Of a stretch of DNA of 64,000 bases, positions 50,753-64,000 are shown piece by piece; within the stretch, counting starts at the first letter, position 1; the number at the start of each line of letters is the position of its first letter. This DNA comes from Takakia lepidozioides (Eukaryota; Plantae; Bryophyta), in the NCBI GenBank assembly GCA_030704615.1, contig CM060733.1, forward strand, positions 2,108,001-2,172,000, given 5' to 3'. The notes beneath the pieces are model-generated. The model worked only from the letters and a program-made list of their open reading frames with translations. It was not told the DNA's origin and made no database searches. A program made the position numbers and the translations under genes.

Positions 50753-52774
50753 TTGACTTGGATGTTCACAACACTCGTCAACACCAGAGTTAGTAGTTTG
50801 GATACATTGTCCGCTGAGAGGAGGAGCTTCGGTAGTCGCAATCAACCCGGGTCAGTCAGGCTGCGAACTACCTAGTTCGTGTGGAGGCATACATACATTA
50901 GGTGTCGTCAGTAGTCAGTACCTAATAGACATTTTACCAAGATGTGTTCTTGCATGTCAGGCAGTTTTGATGGTGATATGAAAGTCTAGCTTCAATTCTC
51001 TAAAATATCCGTTAATTCATTTCTCCCGAGTCCCGACGTTATGCAGATGTTTCAACTATGGCATTGGAACGATCATTGTGTTGCTTTAATAAAATATCAG
51101 CTTTGTCATGGATTCAAACGCGGAATGCCATGTATTGTTTCCAAAATTTGTGTCTCTCACTTAATTCTCTTGAGGTGGCTGTTTCTGTGGTCAATTGGAT
51201 TTGGGTACCACGAACAGGATCATACAAGACATGTGGGTCTGCGCGGCTTGAGGGATCCTTCCCATTTTCATTCACAGATTGTTGTGTGCATAGTTGTGCA
51301 TGTGTCCAGCACCTACTTGTTTTTTTTGGCTGTGTGCAGCTGTTCTTGTATGCGGAAGGTGGTCACTAAGATCTATCTGCTCAACAAGCACATATATGTT
51401 GGTTGAACCGGTACCTTGTGAATGCTCCTCACCAACACCTTCCATGACATGCGTTGCAAGATTTCAGGCTTGGGTCCTACACAGTCGGTGATCGCTACAC
51501 TAGCAGGTTCGTAACTCCACGAAAGCACCTTCAATATTGTAGGTTATTAGTTATTACTCTCGCAGCAGTGGGCATTGTACTGTGGAATGTTACAGAAAAA
51601 GGCCATGGTATTAATGTGCCAGGTCTTTCCTGGGATTGCAGCCTGCAGGTGTACGCACCCACGTGACCAATCAAGCTGTACTTCCAGCGGCCGGTAAAAT
51701 CGCAGGCAGCCCTTGTGTATCGACAACCCGCTTGTAAGGATGCTGGATGCCAGGAATGTTTTGGGGCCTTTGTGAAAGCATTTGCGTCAGTAAGATTTAC
51801 AGGCCGATTTACGGTAGTAGGTGTCGGGTTGCAGATTTAGTAGCGGAGTAGTGATGTAGATATGAATCAGACGTGCCCGTACATAACACTCCGTGAGAGT
51901 CTCCTCGTTTCCCGCCATGCAGATTTCACGATTGCCATAATGGCCGAGTTACAGCAATGTTTGACATGTTTGATTATTACGTGTCTTTTGCTAACGCGAC
52001 ATGATGTCTTGCAGTGAATGCTCGTGGGTGGATGGTAGGTCAGCATTACATCGTACAACACAGGAGAAAGGCATCCAATCTAGTTCAAGTGGCACGAAAC
52101 CTTGGGTGATGTTTGCTCAGGTTCTCTTGTTCTTTCTCTCAGACATTCGGACATTGCGGGTAGCAACATGGCTAACGATTGCATCGCGATTGGGAATTCA
52201 AAATGTTTTTGTTTTTTGAAAGAAATTTATTTTCTCGATAGGAGCTGAAGACCTTGACTTTTGACGTCTACAAATGGAAGTATGAAGAATGATTGCTTTG
52301 CTTTGGTGGTGAAAACTTCTTGTAAACACTCGAGGTGACTCTGACAATCGAAGTCCCGATGAGAGTCTTTGATTGAAGTCTGAGAACATACAGAAGGGTG
52401 TTTTTCTTTCGAGTGGGGAGGCTTTGCGTCCCTGCAAATCAAGTTCGCGCTACACTGGGTAGGGAAGAGAATAAGAGGGAGGAGAATAGGTATAAGCATT
52501 CACGGAGAGGCTACTGGTCCTTCTGCAGACATCTACAGGAAACGTGGGTCATTTTTTCTCATTACGAACTTGATCCAGAATTATGTTCCCCGAGATGTTA
52601 AGAATGGTTTTTTTCACCATTCTAGATCTGAAAGCAGCTGGCAACTATGCTCACTGACCAGCTTTGAAAGGGGACTTTGGATGCAAGAGTCAGATTTGGT
52701 TTGACTATCTTTGTAGTATGTTTGGGTGTAATTTAGACCCCTGTTTTGTTAGCATACGTGACTTGCAGTCAACA

Positions 52775-55401
52775 CTACCTCTTGAAGATCTTAGAGGGCC
52801 TGACATCCTTCAGATCTGGGTCATGAGGGAGGCGAATCAGGTTGTAGCCCAAAGCCCCTGCTACAGCACCAATTATTGGACCTACTATGTACAACCAAAT
52901 TCCTCGGTAGTTGCTTGCCGCGATGGCCGGGCCAATGGATCTTGCTGGATTCATGGATGCCCCAGAGATCGGCCTGTTATTCCACCCATCACACATTCCA
53001 CTGTTAGAGGGCTCAGAAAGAGAAAGAAGGAAATTCATAAAGAACATGAAGTGAACCAAAGAATGTACTCATAAGACGTTGTTTGCCGTAGCCTTGTGGC
53101 CATTGACACCGCGCCCAGTTTGAGCGGAACGAAGTGAACCAAAGAAACTGATATCAAGTCTAAGGGATCCACAATTCCTGGGAATTGCATATGTTCAGAA
53201 GTTCAGAAGACATACCCTGCCATGAGGGCATTGAGAGCAACTGCAGAGCCCACTGCGATTCCAGCCAACTCTCCACACTGTCATTTCACATGTGCAATGT
53301 CTCAGCCATTGTGAGGGAAGAGGAACCGAAAAGTTGAGGCATGGAAAAGACACCATGATGGACTGAGAAAAGGGATGAGAGAGAGAGAAAAAAGAAAGGA
53401 GTAGTACGGCCGGCTGCAGAGGAACACAAAGTAGGACAAGACAAGAACAGAGAAATGGAGAGCCATGGTAGCTGTATTTCTTCTTCCAATAAAACAAACC
53501 CAGAGGCAGCACATCAAGAGAGAAGGCCATCCCAAGACAGGCAAGAAGGGATGGTGTGACAAGGTTTGCTAGAGAGACAAAGATCACAATGGGAGGGGAA
53601 AGAAGCTTACAGCCCGAGTATCTGTGGCAACGGCAGACACCACAAACATAAGGATGAAGGTGATAATGATTTCCAAGACAAACGACTGTGCGTCACTGCC
53701 AGCAGGGAGAGTGGCCCCTTCATTGGCGTTAGGACTCAGAATCAGACGTAATGCAAATGCCGCAGAAATCGCAGCTACCACTTGTGCTCCAATGTATCCA
53801 GGTACCTAGCCACCAAAGAAAATTTGCATCAGTTGGTTACAAACATTTCACCACCCATCTACTCAACCATATTCTACAGCGAGATATGCTTGTACGAAGC
53901 AGAAGTCCCCTCCCCAGTCTCCCTCTCTTTTTGTTTAAAATTTGTAGTCCTCTTCTCCAGTTTTTTCTATTGTTCTTCTCATAAAGCTCCATTTACTCTT
54001 TCTTTGAGCTTTCATTGGACCATATAAGGTATCATTTCATTCCATTTCTTCCCCCACATGCGGTAAGTGCTCTCTGGGCTTCCTGTGGACATCATACACT
54101 TCCTTTCTTGGTCTTTCTCTATGGCAAGTACTCCACTTTCGTTCTGGTTATCATGCACCAATAATTAAAAACATTTGACAAGTAAAACTGAGAAAAGCCT
54201 CTAGGCTGACGCTAACTAAGCTGTACTCATGCGCTAGCCAAACTAAGAGCCTGTTCACTGGGATGAACTAAATTTGGATATGTGGAAACAGATTATGGAG
54301 TACTAGAAAGGAGTCTTCATTTCGAATACTTCACTCTCAAGCGGATACTGCACCAAGGGTTCCCATTTCAGCTCCAGGCTATTTAGATCATGTCAAGTTT
54401 GAGTTGATTCATTGTTCACAGAATCTTCATGCCACCTCTTGGCCTGTTCTTGCCTGGGTTTCTTATCAAGCTTTACTTTCTCTGAGAAGCTCTGCGATCG
54501 TCAATTGCTCCCAAAAACACTCTAGGAGCTAGATTTCAGGCATACACGTTGCGCGAGCAGAAATGAAGAGATAAAATCGTTACCTGGGTCCAGGGAAAAT
54601 GCCGAACGGTTGCAAAAGCGAGAGTGACAGCCGGATTCATGTGAGCGCCTGATATGTGGCCTACTGCATAAATCATTATCATGACCACAATTCCGAAGCA
54701 GAGAGACACTCCCACGTGTGTAACAGCGCCATGGCTCTTGGCATCTACCATAGCCGCACCACACCCTGTGAACACCAAAATGAATGTACTGATCACCTCT
54801 GCTCCAATCTGCCATACATGGTCGAACGTTAACGACGGTCATCTTCATAAGAACTGGAAAGTACAAGTACAAGAGGGAACGATGAGCTGCCCAAGGTAGA
54901 AAATGAGAGACCTATTTCCAGAAGGTTGCATGTGTATCAGTACCAGATGTCCCCGTGGCCAAAGTGGGTAAGAATTGCCCAATGGAGAATACTGAGGGTA
55001 CTCCAGATCAAGGACTTCTGGGGGAAATGCAGGCATACCCCCGTAGACAGGACTAACGTGATCCCCGTGTACTCGACTGGAGCTAGACTTCTTTAAACAT
55101 TGCTTACAGCCCCGTCCAACAATGACAGGGACGCCTCGCGAAAAGGGGAAGAGTTGTGGAGATTGGAACCCAGGAAAATTACCTTCTGTAAGAGCGAGGC
55201 ACGAGGTAGGAATCTTGTAAAGATGTAGCCATCGACCTTTTCGTCTAGCACAGGGGCTTCGACATGGGAGTCCTCCCCGGCGAGATACTGGTTCAACGAG
55301 GTACGTGTTGCATTTACAGCAGCGAGAAGTGAGGATGGTGATGAAGCGGCCTGGTCCTTCTCCTCTACAGTAGTAGAAATTCGAACTTTGATTTCTGACA
55401 T
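52775..55401 (-). CDS. NIP: Nodulin-26-like intrinsic protein (NIP aquaporin), 5 exons, ar/R filter F-A-A-R
   Basis: Exons 55401-55183, 54808-54584, 53805-53611, 53277-53216, 52973-52775. [12 protein letters not shown] and [11 protein letters not shown] boxes; AVATDTRA|CGELAG. Confidence 0.96.
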
Positions 55402-57242
55402 TTTACAACGTCGCCAACTTCAAACGGAATTCCGGTGGTAGGCTAGGCCTAATGTTCCTTATGTTACACACAGGTGATGCTAGTGTATGCCGATTCCCTC
55501 TGCCTCGAGTTGGTTCCACTTCATCAGCGGGGAAAGCGCATGTATCGTTTCACCGAGCTGGATGTACGTTCAGCTGCAATTCAGATCAGCAATTCACCAT
55601 TGGCAATCTCTATGGCTGCAGAGTTGTCCGCTTTCTGACGGTGGAAGTGTACATGCAACCTGCAAAATGGTCAGAGCACTTGGTGTTAGCGCTTAACAGA
55701 ACCTGAGGATGTCACCTACACTCCCTTATTGTTCTCCCGTTGTCCTCTCTCCAACCAGGATGACTGAAAATGTACAGACTGCAAAACTTCTCACAGTTCC
55801 ATCTCCTCTGGGAACCGTCTCCGAGAACAATAGATTCCGCTTCATCACTGTCCCCTCACGGGAATTTCCATGTCAGTTAAACACAATAGTCTGTCCTTTA
55901 CATACATGAGTGAACCTTGCTACCCCATTCCCTTCGGAAACCTTCGTCTTCGCTACTGAGTAAACTGTAACATTCGTCCCCATACGACTGCAACAATTGT
56001 AGGATCCATTGGAGATTTTAAAAAATAGGCGACCACATGCAAGGTGACTTTCACAAGCTAGTTCTTGCACATCCAATCCAGGTAGCTGGCAGTGTCGATC
56101 ATTTACAGCGTATGCCCCGGAACCCTTCTCCTTACTAGGACATTTCACCCTTCTCATTCTCTCAATGCTGGATTGCCCACTGGCGAAACGCACCTCCCTC
56201 TCCTCGCATATCCTAAACTCGGTGAAAGCTCATTGAACTCTGCCCCTTTAAACAGACTGCTCCACAAAAAATAACCTCTCGTCTTTCAGTCAGCACTCTT
56301 CCCCTCTCCCTGCCTCTAACTGCAGTCGATCGAGCTCAGCCCTGTCTGCAGGGCTCTAAACCTGTATCGAGCCTATATCTATCTCACTCCTCGCTGGTGC
56401 AACACTTTCAAACCAAGCTTTGACAACCAGAAGCATTACCGTGTCTGGCAGATGGACACGAGACTGCGGCAGCAGCAGCAGGTCTCGAGACAAGTTGCAG
56501 TTTTCGAGTGGTGATCCGAACCCACAGGAGAGAAGACCTCGATTGTTGAGAGCTGCAGTGCACTCTGCAAGTACAGATACTGCGTTGCTTACTGCCTCCC
56601 TCTGACGCAATAATGAAAATATTATGAATGTTCCTCCTCTCCCCCACCTCCACACTTATAGTTTCACACTCAGCCTGACAACCCACTAGATCGCCAGAGC
56701 GGATGAGCAGTCGCGCACCATCGTCATCGTTTCCGCCTCCAAATTGGAGTCTTCCGAAAACAACCCCCTTCCATTTCGGACGATTCTCACTAACAGAGAG
56801 GCCAACGATGACGGACGAAAACAGGACGACTGATGGCAAGCTGCAACTGGCGAAACGCGGCTAAACTCCAGCGCACCACAAACCACGCGGTACACTGCGC
56901 GGGCACGGATCCTCCGTGTTCCGTGCCGCTCTCAGTCCTGCCTGCCTCTCCTTGTCTTCTTGTGCCCATGAGCCAAGAAGATGATGATGATGATGATGGC
57001 GTCCGGGTCATAGTTGAGGGGCCCTGTTCAGATTGGAGTCACATTTTGTATCGGTCCTGCGTCGCGTCAATGGCCCATCACAAGTTGGCGAGGGATATGT
57101 CCACCAACCGTTTGTTTGTAACTTAAAATGGAGATGGATCGACCCAAGGATTCCGTAGGATGTAATCGTGAGTGAAGGTGTCCGGCCAGGGATATTCGAT
57201 ACTGCGTCGTGACGGTGATCGCCCACCAAATATCGTTTCTGC

Positions 57243-59614
57243 ATCTATCCATGCAGGTTTCTTGTAGCTATCCTTCCACAGGGAATCATAGGTAATCTGG
57301 AGCATGAAATCCGGCCACCTGAAAATTTAGGGACGACTCTGATAACAGGGAAAAACAGGCTGAAATGTATTGAAGAAGGTACCTTCATCAGCAGTGCCTT
57401 GTTCTATCAATTGCGCTACTGCCGCTGCTGTTTCCAGTTGACCATCTACCCACATTGTCCCACCATTGACTGGGGTCAGAAAAAGTGATCATTCCAAAGC
57501 TTCTCTTCATCTCTGTTATCCGTTTTTTGGTACTTTCATGTAGCCACATCGGCATATACGAATTTAGGGTTGAGTTTGATGAGAGGGAAAAACGGGTTGA
57601 AACAAGTCCAAGAAGAAGGTGTCCTCACCATAGATCCACCCAACAAGCTAACTTACATCTTTCAATACGCAAATTCAGGGCTAAGTCTGATGAGAGGGCA
57701 AAATAGGCTGAAACGGGTCGAAGAAGAAGGTGCACTCACCACACATCCACCCAACGAGCTAACTTACATATTTCAATATCCAAATTCGGGGCTGAGCCTG
57801 ATTAGAGGGCAAAACAGGCTGAAACAGGTGGAAGAAGCTCACCACAGATCCACCCACCGAGCTAACTTACATCATTCAATATGCAAATTCAGGGCTGAGC
57901 CTGATGAGAGGGCAAAACAGGCTGAAACAGGTCCAAGAAGAAGGTGCCATCACCATCGATCCACCCAACAAGCTAACCTACATCTTTCAATATGCAGATT
58001 CAGGGCTGAGCCTGATGAGAGGGCAAAACAGGCTGAAACAGGTCCAAAAAGAATGTGCCCTCACCACAAATCCACCCAACGAGCTTACTTACATCATTCA
58101 CTATGCAAATTCAAGGCTGAGTCTGATGAGAGGGAAAAATAGGCTAAAATAGGTCAAAGAAGAAGGTGCCCTCACCACAAATCCACCCAATGAACTAACC
58201 TATAGATCATTCAATATGCAAATTCAAGGCTGAGCCTGATGAGAGGGAAAAACAGACTGAAACAGGTCGAAGAAGAAGGTGCCCTCACCACACATCCACC
58301 AAACGAGCTAACTTACATCTTTCAATATCCAAATTCAGGGCTGAGCCTGATGAGAGGGCAAAACAGGCTGAAACAGGTCCAAGAAGAAGGTGCCATCACC
58401 ATCGATCCACCCAACGAGCTAATCTACATCATTCAATATACAAATTCAGGGCTGAGCCTCATGAGAGGGCAAAATAGGCTGAAATGGGTCCAAGAAGAAG
58501 GTGCCCTCACCCAAATCCACCCAATGAGCTAACCTACATCATTCAATATCCAAATTCAGGGTTGAGCCTGATGAGAGAGCAAAACAGGCTGAAGCAAGTC
58601 CAAGAAGAAGGTGCCCTCACCACAGATCCACCCAACGAGCTAACTTACATATTTCAATACGCAAATTCAGGGCTAAGCCTGATGAGAGGGCAAAACAGGC
58701 TGAAAGAGGTCGAAGAAGAAGGTGCCCTCACCACACATCCACCCAACAAGCTAACTTACATCTTTCAATATCCAAATTCAGGGTTGAGCCTGATGAGAGG
58801 GCAAAACAGGCTGAAACAGGTGGGAGAAGAAGGTGCCCTCACCACAGATCCACCCAACGAGCCAACTTACAAAATTCAATATGCAAATTCAGGGCTGAGT
58901 CTGATGAGAGGGCAAAATAGGCTGAAATAGGTCGAAGAAGAAGGTGTGTTCACCACATTTTCCTCGACCTTCTGTCATGACCCATGGAGGATTTAACTGA
59001 CCATGAACCCATGATGACCTCTTGTGTGTGCTACTTGTGTCTGTAGTCATGTAATGACGGATTGGTCTGTGAGAACCACCACGATGCAGCTGAGCGGGCA
59101 GAGATTGAAACACGGCCTGCTAAGACCAAGCTGACTCTCCCAAGAACCTCGTAAACATCAGGAAGAATACCAAATCATGGTACTAACAGGAGACAAGAGC
59201 CCGCATTTGCAGGATGGACAAACTTCTTCACATCATACCTTAAGAAAACGTCACACCTTGCGATTGCAATTGTCCCACCATCGTGAAGGATCTTTAAAAA
59301 AACTCATGCCAGCTCTGCTCCGTGCTGCAAATTCAGGGCCGAGTCTGACGAGAGGGCAAAAGAGGTTGAAATAGGTCAAAGAAGAAGGTGCCCTCACCAC
59401 ATTGTCCTTGACCTTGTGTCATGACCCATGGAGGATTTGACCTCCCATCAACCCAAAATGACCTCTTCTGTGTGTCGCTAGTGTCTGTAGTCAGGTAATG
59501 TCGGATTGATCTTTGAGAACCACCACGGTGCAGCTGTGCAGGCAAAGATTAAAACGGCCTGCTAAGACCAAGCTGACTCTCCCAAGAACCTTGTAAACAT
59601 CAGGAAGAATACCA
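57243..59614 (-). pseudogene. Decayed exons encoding OSB/PTAC9-type PDF ssDNA-binding motifs (at least four partial copies)
   Basis: Minus-strand translations: EEKLWNDHF/SDPSQWWDN (57453-57510), PDFMLQITYDSLWKDSYKKPAWID (57243-57317), INPTLPDYRH...KRSFWVDGRSNPPWV (~59420-59511) and its ~285-bp duplicate at 58886-59172. Confidence 0.7.
57560..58955. repeat. Tandem array, 111-bp unit, about 13 copies
   Basis: GAAGAAGGTG marker recurs about every 110-111 bp from ~57611 to ~58935. On the plus strand the unit reads as 37 codons (LSLMRGQNRLKQVEEEGALTTHPPNELTYIFQYPNSG). Confidence 0.95.
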
Positions 59615-61881
59615 TGCCCTGCGGTCGACCATCCACCCACGAACGCGGGAGAGGAGGGGAGAAGAAAGGAGAGGAGAGGAGGGAAAAGAGAAAGCGCGTG
59701 GGAGGGAAAGCAAACGCGGGAGAGGAGGGGAGAGGAGAGGAGGAGAGGGAAAAGAGAGCCCCCGCGGGAGGGAAGGGGAGAAAGATCACGGGGAGCAAGA
59801 AAAAAACACAAACAAAAAGAATGATCGCACAATTTGATCCCGCGGTGCATCGCGACCCAATCGACGTCCTTACCACTAGACTACCCCTTAAAATTCAACA
59901 ACCCCCTCCTATAATATTATATTTAAGGTGTTTTAAACCCCCCTATGTATGTATAATGTTGTACATGGGGGGGTTTAAAATACCCCCTCATGTGCACGCA
60001 CGTGGCTGGTACATATTGGCTGGAGTGCACCCCCCAGGGGCCACTCTGGGATTTTTATTGAGGACAACGGTTTTAAGAGTCTCAGATATGATGCTTCAAA
60101 ATAAAATTCTTTTTTATCAATCCCCTCTCACTCCAGCTATTGAATATCTTCATGGTGTCTGATTATCATTGTCTTGTAATCACACACGTATTAGATATGG
60201 TACTATCTTTTTCACTCATTTTCTGTTGAATTCTTCACGCACATTCCGGGCAATCCCAAGACCAGAGCATACAGACCTTCATACGGGGACATGACTATAT
60301 CTAGTGACCTCCACTGTTCAATGGAGGTTCACATTCATGCACTCCCGGATTTATGATTATGGCTCTTTGGTAGGTTCAAGGAGATGCTGACGATGTCAAC
60401 GGTTCCTCAAGTCCCCTATTCCGTCTTTTCCTCGCATATCTTCCAAGCACGAGGGTTGGACAGCCCAAATCCGCAGGAGTCAGGTGACTTAAACTCATTT
60501 CTCGTTCCTTGCTCATTCTCCTAATTTCACTTAGTTTGGGGTTTGATATTCATCTGTCGCTCCAGGCCAGAAAATCTGTAGATTATGACCTTCCTGTCAA
60601 ACGACGTCTGCATTGGAATGCAGTTCCGAGGTAAATTATTCCTTCGTTGCGTTTTCATTCCATCCAGGATGTCGAGTGCTCAAGGGACAATTTTATGTGC
60701 TTGCTTGTTATTGCCCCTCCACTCCCCCCATCGTTCAATGGCAAAACATCTCCATCATCGACACAGACTGACCTTGAACTGGTGGCACAATGTTCTGCAC
60801 CAAAGAGATGAAAAAAAACCTCCGAGCCATTTCCTTCCTCTGCAGGAAATCATTCCAACGGACAAAAGGCTGACAAGAAAAAAAGAGTGGACTCCAAACA
60901 CATGAGGACTCCCTCGGATGTTGTGGCGCCTCGTCAATCCAAGCCCACGGGAATCGGACATTGTTCCTCTGTGAGACCTTCAATGGTAAATTTCAAAACC
61001 ATTTCTCCATTGTCGTTTGCAGTTTGTTTTGCGGTCCCAAACTAACTCCATAATTTTTATACAAACGAGTATGGAGCCGCAGAACTTCTTGAATATGCAT
61101 CCCGACAAGGTGCGTCCATGAACCTCCACTTGACAGCCGACGTTCATCTTTTCATGATCTCCAACTGTTCGATATATCGTCTACTCTTGGTCTTTTACAG
61201 TAGTCCATTGTCGGGACACTTATGTCTCGGCAAACATAGAGGTCACTCTGAAACTAATAAACACTACATCGGGTTGTTTCTGACGGCGGGAACACTGAAA
61301 TTTATTTCCTTAAATTGCGAGCCGTTTGAGAGGAGGCTCTGTAATATTAATGGGTTAGTGTAAGCCGTTGTATGGCTTCGAGCCGATGGATAACATTAAG
61401 TCCAACGGATGTGAACGGATTTACAGTTGAAGTTACATTATGTCTGACTGCAACGCCAAAGTTGCAATCTCTAATAAAATATGAATGTTTATCATCAATG
61501 TATGTGGACTCATTCTTTCATGTCATCCTCTTCATCACATGCCATGATTGTTCTATGTTTGGTTTTGTATATCATCTAATATGGCAACCATTTTGTGCAA
61601 AAAGTTTTACATATCTGACCTCACATCATGATGTGATTTATTGCATCCTCCCATTTTTTTCGTGAACGTCAACTTGGCAGTGGATGTTCTTCTAAAATCA
61701 CAATACATACTTATATTGTCTCCAAAAAATGTTTGGAGGATTATTGTTCATGGTTATATTGTGCATAAAATAGCCAAATAATCATATATATCGCTTTATT
61801 TCAATAATAAATTTTGTTTATTCATATTTCTCATATTATTTCTGGACCAAACAAAAGTCCAGAATAGTTAAAATAGTGTTT

Positions 61882-62503
61882 CAATTGTGCCGCTGCTGCT
61901 GCGGCTTCTAGTTGACCATCTATCCATGTAGGTTTCTTGTACCTATCCTTCCACAGGGAATCATAGGTAATCTGGAGCTTGAAATCCGGCCCTCTTGGAT
62001 GAATCTGGACCCACACTCTATCTCTGTTCCTTTCAGCTATCTATGCCCCTGCACAAATCATGCATACATCCTCGCCTTGATGCTAGCAGCTGACAATGAC
62101 AGCCTAGAATTGCTTGAGCAAACACCCCAACCCTACTTATCACACTAGTTCCTATGCTGACTTGCGTTTGCTTCCAACAGGCATTCACCTTTTCCCTCGA
62201 TTGTTCCACCATTGACTGAGGTCGGAAATGTATTCATCCCAGAGCTTCTCCTCGAGTCTCTGTTATCTATTTTTCGGTACTTTCCTGTCGACCACATTGG
62301 CAGTAACATGTCAAAATCACTCCAAAACTACCATAGATCCACCAACAAGCTAACTTGCAGAATTCAACATGAAAATTTAGGGACGACTCTGATAGCAGGG
62401 GAAAGCAGGGTGAAATATGTTGAAGAAGGTACCTTCATTAGCAGCGCCTTGTTCTATGAATTGTGCTGTTGCCGTTGCTGTTTCCAGTTGACCATCTACC
62501 CAC
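61882..62503 (-). pseudogene. OSB-type PDF-motif pseudogene fragment retaining its introns
   Basis: EEKLWDEYISDLSQWWNNRG(K), then GT-AG intron 62188-62005, then IHPRGPDFKLQITYDSLWKDRYKKPTWIDGQLEA. Preceded by the end of another motif (WVDGQLETA...ANE|gtacc). Frameshifted. Confidence 0.75.
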
Positions 62504-62544
62504 TTGTAGCTGCTGTGCTATTGAAGAAGGTGCCCCCTTCCCCC

Positions 62545-62727
62545 ATCATTTGATCATAGGTCTCCAAAGCCTCCATACCATGTCCCCGCTCTGCATACCT
62601 TGTAAGCATCACGTTCCATGACACCACATCTCGTTCAGCCATAGTGTTGAAAACTCCCTTCGCATCCTTAATGCACCCACTTTTGGCATACATGTCCACC
62701 AGGGCAGTGTTCAGAATGACATCTGGT
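62545..62727 (-). pseudogene. PLS-class pentatricopeptide repeat (PPR) gene fragment (S and P motifs)
   Basis: PDVILNTALVDMYAKSGCIKDAKGVFNTMAERDVVSWNVMLTRYAERGHGMEALETYDQM. Confidence 0.9.
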
Positions 62728-64000
62728 AAATTTTGTATTTGTTGCCAACCAACAGGATATCAGAAACGGGAAAGCTCCAAAACTTCGGAACCGGAGGATG
62801 TGACCACAAAGTTAAAGTTAGACATCTGTAACCAGCTGATATAAAAAAAAATCAAATAACCACCCAACACTGGTCTCTTCTGCCTCCACCTTACTTTGGT
62901 GGGCTCTGCAAGCAGACCCACTTACAAAATGTAAAAATGGAACCACAACCATCTTCAAATGAATAGAAATGTCAATGAGAGGGGCCTCAACAGGCAGTGG
63001 CAATGGAATTTCAGCATACGTCACTGAAAATCAACACTATTGACTTTCTATTTTTTTTTTCTGCAAATGGCAAAAACTTTGAGACCCACATCAAGTAACT
63101 GTGCGTTTTTTTAGAGAATGTTCCTAATTTACCCCAAATTTGGACAGGGGTGAGGGGGGTAGGTGGGCTTTCAAAAGTTGCCTAATTTGAAAGATACTTG
63201 CATTTTTCATAGTAGAGCTCTTTTTTTTTAACTTACCGACTGGGTGCCTAAGAGTTAACTAAGTGGTTATATTGCAGTTTTTTTTGGCCAGTCTACTCCA
63301 TACCCTTCGGAAATTAGCTTTGATTGGAATTGGAATTTTGAAACAGGCTTTGTCTCCTTCCTCTCTTTCCTCGAGTTTTCCTTGTAAGAGTGGCAAAGGC
63401 AAGTGGCACCGTACCCTCGAATGAGACTGAACAGGAAAAAAATATGCAGCGAAAAGAAATAAGATTTTTTTTGCTGCGGCTTGCTCAGACATACACAGGT
63501 TACTTGGCTCCACTGTTATTGGCTCCACTGTTAGGCAGCCACAACCATCTTTTTTGGTGGGCCAACCCAAAAAATGGTATATAGTGGCATGGATAATATC
63601 GTAACTTCCTATCCTGAATCATCCACAGAAACTAACCTTACAACAATATCCCTTCCTACTACATCCATATGTCCCTCAATTATAAAAAACCAAAATGTGG
63701 TTTTTCCACATGGACTCTAAATTTACCCCAAGAAAAGCTTTGATCAAGCTCCACTTGTAGATTCTGGATTTTTTCCTGTGGAAATGCTCTGCATATTTTG
63801 ATGCCTGGGCACCCACATGGTTTAGGAGTCAAATCTCATCCCCATACGCCAAAAATTTGTAGGGGTCCTTTGTATGTGAGATATCTGCCGTTATCTAGCC
63901 CGAGTCCTAGAAATGCTGGTTCCAGGTCTAGATACCTTGATATCTGGGTTGAAATCCTGATGACTCCATACCGCCCAACACTCGTCTTGACCCTGAGTAC

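Noticed and set aside
59614-61400. 182-aa ORF and possible decayed transposase
   Set aside because: The ORF derives from a GA-rich low-complexity tract; the downstream fragments show no motif I can identify confidently.

Overview
Eukaryotic nuclear DNA from a land plant. The FAAR-type NIP aquaporin points to a non-seed plant, probably a bryophyte; this is inference. The left ~19 kb is a nest of mobile elements. A Ty3/gypsy LTR retrotransposon (5' end outside the window) has extra ORFs before gag and a PHD finger on its integrase. It is inserted into a Mutator-like (GCM-type DNA-binding domain + DDE) transposase gene. That gene is head-to-head with a spliced gene encoding a ParB/Srx-like (DGNHR) domain. 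Between the two lie two arrays holding 21 copies of a 30-bp palindrome (GGATGGAAATTCGGCGCCGAATTTCCATCC) at helically phased spacings (53, 84-85, 94-96 bp). This transposase / palindrome-array / ParB-like module is the best candidate for an undescribed system. The rest of the window holds four intact host genes: a small basic plant protein, TMEM135-like, an XBAT31/XB3-like ankyrin-RING E3 ligase and a NIP aquaporin. It also holds hAT and Tourist MITEs with clear TSDs, copia remnants, a possible Crypton/DUF3504-like remnant, and a cluster of decayed OSB-type PDF-motif exons with a PLS-PPR fragment and a 111-bp tandem array. All domain calls come from motif recognition by eye; no database searches were run.
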